A stretch of DNA of 37,607 nt from Candidatus Uhrbacteria bacterium (GCA_011046145.1 DSBA01000020.1:1-37607), one strand, 5' to 3'. Counted from the stretch's first letter, positions 26,762-35,034 are shown. Program-made: numbers and translations. Notes: generated by a model not told the origin, from the sequence alone.

Positions 26762-28708
26762 ATGGCATTGGAAATAACACCCAGCATAAAAGAAACCCAA
26801 AAGACAGAAGAGAAAATAACCCCGGCGCAACAAAAAGCTAAAGAAGCTGCGGCGCTAAAAGAAGAGGCAATTACTCTGGAAGAAGAAAAAATATACCGCA
26901 AAGGAGTTATTGACATAAAAGATTTAATCGCACCGGCGGCTTTTGAGGTCAAGCCAAGTTATCTGGTTTTAGGAGATACTTTTGTCAGGACGCTTTTTGT
27001 TTTGAATTATCCTCGTTATATAAGCATAGGTTGGTTTACGCCGATTGTAAATATGAGCAAGACTTTAGATGTGTCAATGTTTTTTTACCCGGTTAAGTCA
27101 GAAATTATTTTAAAACAGCTAAAAAAGAGAGTCGGGAATTTGCAGGCCCAGTTAATGTCTGATATTGAAAAAGGCGCTCCGCGCGATCCGATTTTAGAGA
27201 CTGCTTTGCGCGATATTGAACAGCTAAGGGACCAATTGACCCAAGGCATTGAAAAATTTTTCCAATTCGCTTTGTACGTGACTATTTATGCTGATAAGCT
27301 GGAAGAATTAGATAAAATGACTTCTGAAATAGAATCAATTTTTGGCGGCAAATTAATTTATACTAAAAAAGTTTTATACCAGGCAGAACAAGGCTTTAAA
27401 TCAACCCTGCCCTTGGGAATAGACGAATTATTGATTTCTTTTAATATGAATTCTTCCCCGGTGGCTTCTTCTTTTCCTTTTATTTCCTCTGAATTGACTT
27501 CTGATAATGGCATCTTATATGGCGTTAACCGGCACAATAATAGTTTGATAATTTTTGATCGTTTTTCTCTGCAGAATGCCAACTTTGTGGTTTTTGCCAC
27601 CTCCGGCGCAGGCAAAAGCTATACTATCAAACTGGAGGTTTTGAGAAGTTTAATGCTGGGAACAGATGTCATTATTATTGACCCTGAAAGAGAATATCTG
27701 CATTTAGCAGAAGCAGTTGGCGGCACTTATGTTGATATTTCTCTTTCTTCAAAAAACAAAATAAATCCTTTTGATTTGCCAAGGGCGATTGGCGACGCTT
27801 CAACTGAAGATATTATCCGCAGCGCGGTTATTACTTTGAAAGGCTTATTGCGCATAATGCTGGGCAAATTGACAGTAGAAGAAGATACTATTTTGGACAG
27901 GGCTTTAATTGAGACCTATGCCAGCAAAGATATTACGGCTGATTCAGATTTATCAACAATAGAGCCGCCTGTTATGCTGGATTTGCAGAATATTTTGGAA
28001 GGCATGGAAGGGGCTGGAAGCCTAGGCTTAAGATTAAGAAAATATACAGACGGAACTTTTTCAGGACTTTTCAACCGGCCGACTAATGTTGATGTTAAAA
28101 ACCAACTAGTTATCTTTTCCGTCAGAGATCTGGAGGACGAGTTGCGGCCGATAGCAATTTACACCATAGTCAATTATATTTGGAATGTTGTGCGTTCAGA
28201 AGTCAAGAAAAGGATTTTGGTAATTGACGAGGCCTGGTGGCTAATGACCCAAGAGGATTCAGCAAAATTTATTTACGCCTTAGTTAAAAGATGCAGGAAA
28301 TATTATTTAGGCGTGACGACAATTACCCAGGATGTCAATGACTTTTTAAACAATCCATACGGCAAAGCCATTGTCACAAATTCAGCGCTCCAAATGCTTT
28401 TGAAGCAATCGCCGGCGGCAATTGACAATATCCAGAAATTATTTCTTTTGACAGAAGGGGAAAAATATTTGCTTTTGGAAGGCGGGGTAGGTGAAGGCAT
28501 ATTTTTTGCCGGCAGAAAACATGCAGCGATTAAAGTGGTGGCTTCTTACAATGAAGACCAGTTAATTACCAGCGATCCAAGGCAGCTTTTGGAAATTGAA
28601 GCAGCCAAGCGTGAATTTGAAGAAGAAACTTCAGGAGAAGAAAATGAAGAGAGTGCCGGCCAAAGCGCGCCGCGCGCTTCTGAGGGGGTTGAAGAAATTG
28701 ATATATAA
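26762..28708 (+). CDS. VirB4-family T4SS ATPase
   Basis: It has Walker A VVFATSGAGKSYT (nt ~27596-27622) and Walker B RILVIDEAWWLM. The N-domain LGDTFVRTLFVLNYPRYISIGWF is typical of VirB4/PrgJ/TraE. Confidence 0.85.
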   Translation: MALEITPSIKETQKTEEKITPAQQKAKEAAALKEEAITLEEEKIYRKGVIDIKDLIAPAAFEVKPSYLVLGDTFVRTLFVLNYPRYISIGWFTPIVNMSKTLDVSMFFYPVKSEIILKQLKKRVGNLQAQLMSDIEKGAPRDPILETALRDIEQLRDQLTQGIEKFFQFALYVTIYADKLEELDKMTSEIESIFGGKLIYTKKVLYQAEQGFKSTLPLGIDELLISFNMNSSPVASSFPFISSELTSDNGILYGVNRHNNSLIIFDRFSLQNANFVVFATSGAGKSYTIKLEVLRSLMLGTDVIIIDPEREYLHLAEAVGGTYVDISLSSKNKINPFDLPRAIGDASTEDIIRSAVITLKGLLRIMLGKLTVEEDTILDRALIETYASKDITADSDLSTIEPPVMLDLQNILEGMEGAGSLGLRLRKYTDGTFSGLFNRPTNVDVKNQLVIFSVRDLEDELRPIAIYTIVNYIWNVVRSEVKKRILVIDEAWWLMTQEDSAKFIYALVKRCRKYYLGVTTITQDVNDFLNNPYGKAIVTNSALQMLLKQSPAAIDNIQKLFLLTEGEKYLLLEGGVGEGIFFAGRKHAAIKVVASYNEDQLITSDPRQLLEIEAAKREFEEETSGEENEESAGQSAPRASEGVEEIDI

Positions 28709-28785
28709 ATAAAAAATGACATTTGTGATTAGCCTTGAATATTGGCTGATTACTGATTTACAATAAATTAATTTTTTAAAATTTT

Positions 28786-29448
28786 ATGGCTGAACCAATC
28801 AAAGATAAATTGACTAAAAATAAAAAAAGGCTCTGGCTGATTATTTTACTTTTGTTGCTTTTAATAATTGTAATTTTAATTTATTTGCTATTAGCTTATT
28901 TTAAGGCGCCTTTGCCCGGGGTGGTTGATTTAAATAACAATATGAATCAGGAGCCAATACCTTTGGAGGAAATTATTATTCCCGATTCTTTTAACCGTCC
29001 GGATGGGGCTGTTTTGGCTGATTTAACGGCTGATGCAGAGAGAGAAGGCACCCAAGAATTATCGCCATCAATCAATCTTTTATTTGTGGCGCAGGCTTTT
29101 GCAGAAAGGTTCGGCAGTTATTCCAACCAGGGCGATTATGCCAATTTTGGAGATTTGAAAATTTTCATGACAGATTCTCTGGATAATTGGGTGCAGCAGA
29201 CTTATATAGATGAATTAAAGAAAAAAAATCCTGATTTTAACATATATTATGCTTTAGAAACAAAGGCGATTTCTACAGAGGTTTTAAGTTTAGACGAATC
29301 TGTTGGCCGGGCGGAAATAATGGTCAAAACACAGCGGCAGGAATTTGACAATGATCTTGTTAATCCTAGGGTTTTTTATCAGGATATACTTTTGAAAATG
29401 GTAAAGCAAAATAATGAATGGAAAGTTGATGGAGCTTTTTGGCAATAA
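28786..29448 (+). CDS. Bitopic membrane protein, VirB8-like in size and topology (possible NTF2-like ectodomain)
   Basis: At 220 aa it has a short basic N-terminus, one TM (LWLIILLLLLLIIVILIYLLLAYF) and a ~170-aa extracytoplasmic domain ending NNEWKVDGAFWQ. Its position after VirB4 fits. There is no sequence-level proof. Confidence 0.3.
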   Translation: MAEPIKDKLTKNKKRLWLIILLLLLLIIVILIYLLLAYFKAPLPGVVDLNNNMNQEPIPLEEIIIPDSFNRPDGAVLADLTADAEREGTQELSPSINLLFVAQAFAERFGSYSNQGDYANFGDLKIFMTDSLDNWVQQTYIDELKKKNPDFNIYYALETKAISTEVLSLDESVGRAEIMVKTQRQEFDNDLVNPRVFYQDILLKMVKQNNEWKVDGAFWQ

Positions 29449-29518
29449 GCTGGCAAATTTTTATCAGATTATTTGCGGGTCAGAATATTTGAAAAATTAA
29501 AAACTATATATTTTTAGG

Positions 29519-30256
29519 ATGAAAAACTTGGTTAATAATCTGTCAAGCGTTAAGGATTTTTTATTAAATTTGATTTTTCCCAAAGAATGTTTGGGTTGCG
29601 GACAAGAAGGCCGCTATTTATGCCAGCTCTGCCAGTCTAAAATTCTTTTGAATCAGAAAAATTATTGCGCCTTTTGCCATAAGGAGAGCTCTTTATCCAA
29701 AATTTGCCAGCTTTGCCAAAAAGAATCGCCGTTATTAAATATCTGGGTGGCTGCTGATTATAATAATGAGATTTTACAGTCCTTAATCCATAATTTAAAA
29801 TATAAATATATTGAGGAAAGCTCTCAGTCTTTAGCGGGTTTAATTATTAGCTATTTGGAAAAAAATAAAATTTTTAGTTTGTTGGCTATAAATAGATCCA
29901 ATGCTGTAATGGTGCCAGTGCCTTTGCATAAAAAGCGCTATTTGGAAAGAGGCTTTAACCAAAGTTTTTTACTTGCCAAGGAAATAAGCGATTTTTATAA
30001 AATAGAAATTGGGCAGTTATTGCGGCGCCGGGTAAATACCATAAGCCAGGTTAATTTGAAGAGAAACGAGCGTCAGGCAAACATTCAAAATGCTTTTGTT
30101 TTTCAGGAAGATAAACTGATAGATAAAAATAAAAAAATCATCTTAATAGATGATGTGATTACGACGGGCAGCACATTAAATGAATGTGCCAAAGTTTTGG
30201 CTAAAAGCGGTTTTAAAGAAATTTATGGTTTGGCGATTGCTCAGAGGGATGATTGA
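29519..30256 (+). CDS. comFC: ComF-family protein (ComFC, phosphoribosyltransferase-like competence protein)
   Basis: It has N-terminal Cys pairs (CLGCGQ...CQLCQ, CAFCH...CQLCQ) and the PRT motif ILIDDVITTGSTL. Confidence 0.85.
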   Translation: MKNLVNNLSSVKDFLLNLIFPKECLGCGQEGRYLCQLCQSKILLNQKNYCAFCHKESSLSKICQLCQKESPLLNIWVAADYNNEILQSLIHNLKYKYIEESSQSLAGLIISYLEKNKIFSLLAINRSNAVMVPVPLHKKRYLERGFNQSFLLAKEISDFYKIEIGQLLRRRVNTISQVNLKRNERQANIQNAFVFQEDKLIDKNKKIILIDDVITTGSTLNECAKVLAKSGFKEIYGLAIAQRDD

Positions 30257-30329
30257 TTGACTATAACCATAGCAAATAAGCAAGCAAAATATTTTTTGAA
30301 GAGATATTATTATAATTGTTATATAAGGA

Positions 30330-30416
30330 CGGAGAGGGTGGGATTCGAACCCACGGCCCCGTTGCCGGGGCTCCGGTTTTCAAGACCGGTGCATTCGACC
30401 GCTCTGCCACCTCTCC
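30330..30416 (-). tRNA. tRNA-Ser (anticodon UGA), no encoded CCA
   Basis: The minus strand reads GGAGAGGTGGCAGAGCGGTCGAATGC...CCGGTCTTGAAAACCGG, with anticodon loop CTTGAAA. It has a long variable arm, the T-arm GTGGGTTCGAATCCCAC and a 7-bp acceptor stem. Confidence 0.9.
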
Positions 30417-30501
30417 AAATAAAGTTTAGGGCATTAAGTATTGGGCAAGAGTTGAAAGATATTGCCTCGTTTAATACCCAATACTCATTGATAGATTTAT
30501 G

Positions 30502-30593
30502 CGGAGAGGGGGGGATTCGAACCCCCGCGCCGGTTAAAACACCGACCTACAGGTTTAGCAAACCCGCCCCTTCAGCCTCTTGGGTACCTCTCC
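30502..30593 (-). tRNA. tRNA-Ser (anticodon GCU), no encoded CCA
   Basis: The minus strand reads GGAGAGGTACCCAAGAGGCTGAAGGGGCGGGTTTGCTAAACCTG, with anticodon loop TTGCTAA. It has a long variable arm and the T-arm GGGGGTTCGAATCCCCC. Confidence 0.9.
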
Positions 30594-30730
30594 AAAAGCC
30601 CTAAACCTTATTTAATATTTTAGCTAAAATATCAATAAAAGTCAATTGTTAATAAAGAGGGCTCCTTTATTGCAGTAATTATTATTTTAATTTATAATAT
30701 AATTAGGCAGATTAATTAAATTATATTTGT

Positions 30731-31240
30731 ATGGAACAAAATCAGACAGAAAAAGAACAAGAAGAAATCGGCGTGGGTGAAATTTATTTTTCCTGGAAAA
30801 TCCCGGAATATGTTTTGCCTCAAAGAAGCAGGCGCTGGTATTTTGTCATGCTTGGCTTGGCGGTTTTTTTGATAATTTATAGCATTTTTACGGCTAATTT
30901 TCTTTTTGCTTTGATTATTATAATCGCTATTTATATTATTTTTTTAAGGATGTATCACCAGCCCAAAGAATTGATTTTCCAAATTGCGGAGGAGGGAATA
31001 CTTGTTGGCAATACTTTTTATGAATATAGCCGGATAAAGAATTTTTACATAATTTATAATCCGCCGGTTGTCAAAAAATTATTTTTCACCTTTAAAGGGT
31101 TGAGCCCGGATATTTCTATACCTTTAGAAGATATGAATCCTTTGGTTATCAGGAAAAAATTATTAGAATATATTGATGAAGACCTTGAAAAAGAATACCA
31201 AAGCATTGATGACCAGTTGGAAACAATTTTAAAGTTGTAA
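30731..31240 (+). CDS. Hypothetical membrane protein (two TM segments plus a C-terminal soluble domain)
   Basis: The ORF is 169 aa with hydrophobic segments YFVMLGLAVFLIIYSIF and FLFALIIIIAIYIIFL. A terminator follows it. Confidence 0.55.
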   Translation: MEQNQTEKEQEEIGVGEIYFSWKIPEYVLPQRSRRWYFVMLGLAVFLIIYSIFTANFLFALIIIIAIYIIFLRMYHQPKELIFQIAEEGILVGNTFYEYSRIKNFYIIYNPPVVKKLFFTFKGLSPDISIPLEDMNPLVIRKKLLEYIDEDLEKEYQSIDDQLETILKL

Positions 31241-31265
31241 AATTATTTTAAATAGTTTATTATTT

Positions 31266-31291
31266 AAGAGGAGATAGTTTTATCTCCTTTT
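31266..31291 (+). terminator. Intrinsic terminator
   Basis: AAGAGGAGATA-GTTT-TATCTCCTTTT forms a stem of 8 Watson-Crick pairs plus extensions, followed by T-rich sequence. Confidence 0.7.
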
Positions 31292-31323
31292 ATTATAAAT
31301 TAAGAGTTTTTTGGTTTTAAATA

Positions 31324-31395
31324 GTCCTCGTAGTTCAAAGGATAGAACGCGAGATTGCGGATCTCGTAATCCAGGTTCGATTCCTGGCGAGGGCA
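31324..31395 (+). tRNA. tRNA-Arg (anticodon GCG), no encoded CCA
   Basis: The cloverleaf has acceptor GTCCTCG/CGAGGGC, D-arm GTTC-AAAGGATA-GAAC, anticodon stem CGAGA/TCTCG with loop TTGCGGA, and T-arm CCAGG-TTCGATT-CCTGG. Total length is 72 nt. Confidence 0.85.
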
Positions 31396-31475
31396 AAATA
31401 TAAAAAGTATAAAAATTATTTTTGAGCGCTCAAAAATAAAAAGGGGGTTGAAAAATTTAAATTTAAAATTATTTT

Positions 31476-33545
31476 ATGTATACGCTTCAGGCGCCAATTA
31501 AAGAATTAACCAGCGTAGGCAGGTCAACGGCTAAACTTTTGCAAAAATTGGGCATAGAAAATGTTTTGGATTTAATTTCTTATTTCCCTTTCAGATACCA
31601 AGATTATAGCCAGGTCGTAAAAATTAAGGATCTTTTTCCTAATTTGGAGGTAACAGTCAAAGGTAAAATAATTTTAATTGATACCAGGCGAAGCTTTAAA
31701 AAAAGAATGTCAATAACCGAGGCTTTGCTTGATGACGGGACAGGCTCAATCAAAGTTGTTTGGTTTAATCAGCCCTATTTAGCCAAAAGTTTAAAGATTG
31801 GAGATGATGTTTTTATTGCCGGCCGCGTTGAATTTGACAAGCTTGGCCTGCAATTTGTTTCACCGGCTTATGAAAAAATTAATGGCCAAGAAATTATTAA
31901 TACAGCTAAAATAGTGCCGGTTTATTCCTTAACAGGCAGGTTAACCCAGAAACAAGTCCGTTTTTTGATTAATATGGCTTTAAAATCAGTTAAATTAATT
32001 CCTGAATGGCTGCCTGAACAAATTATAAAAAATAATAGCTTAACGCCCTTGGCAGAAGCTTTGAAAAAAATTCATTTTCCCGAAGATTTTGCTGATTTAG
32101 AAAAAGCCCGTTATCGCTTAAAGTTTAATGAGCTTTTTTTAATCCAGTTACAGAGCCATTTGCTTAAAAAGTATTTGGCAAGCGCCCGGGCGCCGTTTCT
32201 AAAATTCAGGGAAAAAGAAATCAGGCAGTTTGTTTCTAATTTGCCTTTTGAACTTACCAATGACCAGAAAAAAACCGCCTGGCAGATTCTTCTTGATTTG
32301 GAAAAACACCAGCCAATGAATAGGCTATTGGAAGGAGATGTTGGTTCAGGAAAAACAGCTGTGGCCAGCCTAGCTATTTTAGATACGGTTTTAAACGGTT
32401 ATCAGGCGGTTTTAATGGCGCCGACTGAAATTTTAGCCAAACAGCATTTTAAGAGCTTAAGCAATTTTTTTAGCGGGTTTAATTTTAAAATGGCGCTTTT
32501 AACTGGCAGCGAGCAGCTCTTAAAAAGCGGCGCGGAAACGCAGGCTAAGAAAAATGTTTCGGAAGATATTGAAAAAGGCGGCATTAATTTGATCATTGGC
32601 ACTCACGCCTTAATTCAAGACAAGGTAAAATATAAAAATTTGGGTTTGGTTATTATTGACGAACAGCATCGTTTCGGCGTAGAACAAAGGAAAAAAATTA
32701 AAGAAAAAAATAAAAGCAAGGAAACCCCGCATTTTCTTTCCATGACAGCTACGCCTATTCCGCGTTCTTTAGCCCTGATTTTATACGGAGATTTGGACCT
32801 TTCAATTATTAAAGAAATGCCGAAAGGCAGAAAAAAAATCATAACTAAATTGGTTGAAGAAAAAAACAGGGACAAGGCTTATGATTTTATCAGGGAGGAA
32901 ATTAAAAAAGGGCGGCAGGTTTTTGTCGTCTGTCCTTTAATAGATCCTTCGGATAAATTGGGAGTCAAGTCAGTTAAAGAAGAATTTAAAAAACTTGAGC
33001 AAGATATTTTTCCTGAATTCAAAACTGGCTTTTTGCATGGTAAATTAAAATCCAGCGAAAAAGAAAAAACAATGGCTGAATTTAAGGCTAACAAGATAAA
33101 AATTTTAGTTTCCACTTCTGTTATAGAAGTCGGCATTGATATGCCCAATGCGACTATAATGATGATTGAGGGCGCGGAGCGTTTTGGTTTGGCCCAGCTG
33201 CATCAATTTCGCGGCCGGGTGGGCAGGGGAGAATATCAGTCGTATTGTTTTTTGTTTACAAAAAACGGGTCTGCAAAAACCAGGGAAAGGCTTAATGCTT
33301 TGGTTAAATCAGCTGACGGTTTTGCCTTGGCTGAATATGATTTAAAATTCCGCGGCCCGGGCGAAGTTTATGGCCGGCGACAGTCTGGCTTGCCTGATTT
33401 AAAAATAGCCAGTTTGAATGATTTAGATTTAATTAATCTGGCCCAAAAAGAAGCTTTTAATTTTTTAGCGAATTGCGTTTTGGATAATTTCCCTTTACTT
33501 AAAGCTAAACTGGAAGAAAATAAAATAATTGGCCATTTGGAATAA
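31476..33545 (+). CDS. recG: ATP-dependent DNA helicase RecG
   Basis: It has a wedge/OB N-terminus and the helicase motifs GDVGSGKT, DEQHRFGV, MTATPIPR and QLHQFRGRVGRG. Confidence 0.9.
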   Translation: MYTLQAPIKELTSVGRSTAKLLQKLGIENVLDLISYFPFRYQDYSQVVKIKDLFPNLEVTVKGKIILIDTRRSFKKRMSITEALLDDGTGSIKVVWFNQPYLAKSLKIGDDVFIAGRVEFDKLGLQFVSPAYEKINGQEIINTAKIVPVYSLTGRLTQKQVRFLINMALKSVKLIPEWLPEQIIKNNSLTPLAEALKKIHFPEDFADLEKARYRLKFNELFLIQLQSHLLKKYLASARAPFLKFREKEIRQFVSNLPFELTNDQKKTAWQILLDLEKHQPMNRLLEGDVGSGKTAVASLAILDTVLNGYQAVLMAPTEILAKQHFKSLSNFFSGFNFKMALLTGSEQLLKSGAETQAKKNVSEDIEKGGINLIIGTHALIQDKVKYKNLGLVIIDEQHRFGVEQRKKIKEKNKSKETPHFLSMTATPIPRSLALILYGDLDLSIIKEMPKGRKKIITKLVEEKNRDKAYDFIREEIKKGRQVFVVCPLIDPSDKLGVKSVKEEFKKLEQDIFPEFKTGFLHGKLKSSEKEKTMAEFKANKIKILVSTSVIEVGIDMPNATIMMIEGAERFGLAQLHQFRGRVGRGEYQSYCFLFTKNGSAKTRERLNALVKSADGFALAEYDLKFRGPGEVYGRRQSGLPDLKIASLNDLDLINLAQKEAFNFLANCVLDNFPLLKAKLEENKIIGHLE

Positions 33546-33555
33546 AATTTTCATA

Positions 33556-33584
33556 TTGACAATTAAAGAATTATCCAATATACT
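33556..33584 (+). promoter_or_regulatory. Sigma70-type promoter candidate for the DksA/TraR-like gene
   Basis: TTGACA (33556-33561) and TATACT (33579-33584) are separated by 17 nt. The strong SD AAAGGAGGA precedes the ATG at 33623. Confidence 0.5.
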
Positions 33585-33622
33585 TAAATAAGTGTTTTGA
33601 AAAAAATAAAAGGAGGAAAAAA

Positions 33623-34045
33623 ATGAGCGGCAAAAGAGGCGGAAGCGGCAAAAAAAAATTGCCAAAGAAGCAAATCCGGGCAATTCAGGGGAAGTTGGAA
33701 GAGAGAAAAGCAAAGTTAGTAAAAATTTTGCGCCTTGAAGTGGGCAGCAGCGGAGGAGAGCCGGAATCAATTGACAATTGTCAGAAAGAACTCCAGGTAA
33801 GTTTGTCACTAAGAGACAGGGAGCGATTAGCAATGGAACTCCAAGCAATAGAAGCAGCTTTGAAAAGAATAAACTCCCAAAATTTTGGCATTTGCCATGA
33901 TTGCCAAGAGCCTATTTCTCAGGCAAGGCTGGAATCTTTGCCAACAGCTATCCGTTGCATTGAGTGCCAGGGTGAATTTGAAGAAAAGGCCAGGAAAAAA
34001 GGATTTTCCTATGACCGGATAGCGGTTTTAAAAGCCGGCTCATAA
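33623..34045 (+). CDS. DksA/TraR-family C4 zinc-finger protein
   Basis: It has the C-terminal CHDCQEPISQARLESLPTAIRCIECQ motif preceded by a coiled-coil-like region. Confidence 0.75.
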   Translation: MSGKRGGSGKKKLPKKQIRAIQGKLEERKAKLVKILRLEVGSSGGEPESIDNCQKELQVSLSLRDRERLAMELQAIEAALKRINSQNFGICHDCQEPISQARLESLPTAIRCIECQGEFEEKARKKGFSYDRIAVLKAGS

Positions 34046-34068
34046 CCAATTTAATCTTTTTAAAAAGA

Positions 34069-34098
34069 GCGGATATCGCAGGATATTCGCCTTTTTTT
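34069..34098. terminator. Bidirectional intrinsic terminator between convergent genes
   Basis: GCGGATATC-GCAG-GATATTCGC forms 9 bp with 1 G.U. It is flanked by an A-run upstream and a T-run downstream. Confidence 0.65.
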
Positions 34099-34136
34099 AA
34101 AAAATAATATTTTTATTTATCACCGATTAAAACCAT

Positions 34137-34778
34137 TTATTTTTTGGAGATAAACGGGCTGTTTTTCAGGTAAAAGCGCCAGGGTTTATTTTTATATTTT
34201 CCAGCGTAGTCAATGCCGATTCTTTTTGTTTTAACAATTTGGCTTGGTTTAATTTTTTCTTGAGAATTTTCAGCCAGGTAAAGTTTGGGGCTGGTAATTA
34301 AATTTTCAGCGCTTAAAGTTTTATCAATTTTAAAAGCCTGACAGAGTTTGCCCGGACCATTGGCAATAGAAGTTAAAAGTTTAAAGTTTAAAGTTGAAAG
34401 TTGTTGGTGATTTATTTTTATTTGCCGGTTTTTAGCCATTTGTTGGATGCCGGCGACTGGTTCAATGGCGCGGATTAAAACAGCGGCTGGAAAATCTTTT
34501 TTTTCAGCGCTGATATTAAAGCAATAATACATGCCGTAGATTAAATAGATATAAGCCAAGCCAGGTTCTTTAAACATTATTTCTGTCCTTTTGGTCCTGC
34601 CCCGCGAAGCATGGGAAGCCAAATCATTTGGCCCATAATAAGCTTCTGTTTCGGTAATTTTACCGATTAAAATAGCCCCGCCTTTTTTTCTGACAAGATA
34701 TTTGCCCAAGAGATTTGGGGCTAGTTCCAGGGTTTTTTTATGGAAAAATTTTTTCTTTAGTTTTTTTAAGTTTGACAT
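34137..34778 (-). CDS. DNA-3-methyladenine glycosylase (Mpg/AAG family)
   Basis: It has LLGKYLVRK...GKITETEAYYGPNDLASHA and IYLIYGMYYCFNI, which are typical of the PF02245 family. Confidence 0.8.
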   Translation of the reverse strand: MSNLKKLKKKFFHKKTLELAPNLLGKYLVRKKGGAILIGKITETEAYYGPNDLASHASRGRTKRTEIMFKEPGLAYIYLIYGMYYCFNISAEKKDFPAAVLIRAIEPVAGIQQMAKNRQIKINHQQLSTLNFKLLTSIANGPGKLCQAFKIDKTLSAENLITSPKLYLAENSQEKIKPSQIVKTKRIGIDYAGKYKNKPWRFYLKNSPFISKK

Positions 34779-34841
34779 GGAGATAATTTAAAGTTATAAT
34801 CTTGACAAAGCAGTATTTTAAAAAAATTTTAAAAAAGGAGT

Positions 34842-34973
34842 ATGAAAATGAAATTAAAATTCAATCGGAAAGTGGCAGAAAAAATCGCGGGATTGTTTTT
34901 GGCCAGGCTTAAAAATTTAATCACCTGGCAAGAAATGCTGGATAATGTTGAGTTGGAGCTGATTTTGGCATGA
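34842..34973 (+). CDS. Candidate small protein (43 aa)
   Basis: AAAAGGAG ends 2 nt before the ATG. It translates to MKMKLKFNRKVAEKIAGLFLARLKNLITWQEMLDNVELELILA*. A terminator at 35001-35034 follows. No homology is recognised. Confidence 0.3.
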   Translation: MKMKLKFNRKVAEKIAGLFLARLKNLITWQEMLDNVELELILA

Positions 34974-35000
34974 GCAAAAAAGAGGATAAACAATCCAGCT

Positions 35001-35034
35001 AAAAAGCGCCTAAAAAATATCCAGGGCGCTTTTT
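35001..35034. terminator. Bidirectional terminator-like hairpin
   Basis: AAAAAGCGCC (35001-35010) pairs with GGCGCTTTTT (35025-35034) across a 14-nt loop. It lies between the small ORF (+) and RAYT-like copy A (-). Confidence 0.5.

Noticed and set aside
12409-30256. Interpretation as an integrative conjugative element or plasmid remnant
   Set aside because: No relaxase, VirD4-type coupling protein, integrase, replication gene or flanking direct repeats are visible, and the flanks are housekeeping genes. It cannot be fully excluded without the rest of the genome.
30437-30485. 9-bp inverted repeat AGTATTGGG/CCCAATACT between the two tRNA-Ser genes
   Set aside because: It is plausibly a processing or terminator hairpin of the tRNA transcript. 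Nothing marks it as unusual.
30257-30604. 115-aa ORF on the + strand directly after comFC
   Set aside because: It is antisense to two well-formed tRNA-Ser genes (30330-30416 and 30502-30593). Its GC-rich parts are simply the tRNA complements. There is no RBS.
31418-31437. Perfect 20-bp palindrome ATTTTTGAGCGCTCAAAAAT between tRNA-Arg and recG as an operator
   Set aside because: It occurs once, is AT-dominated and has no partner site or known consensus. It may simply act as a weak terminator after the tRNA.
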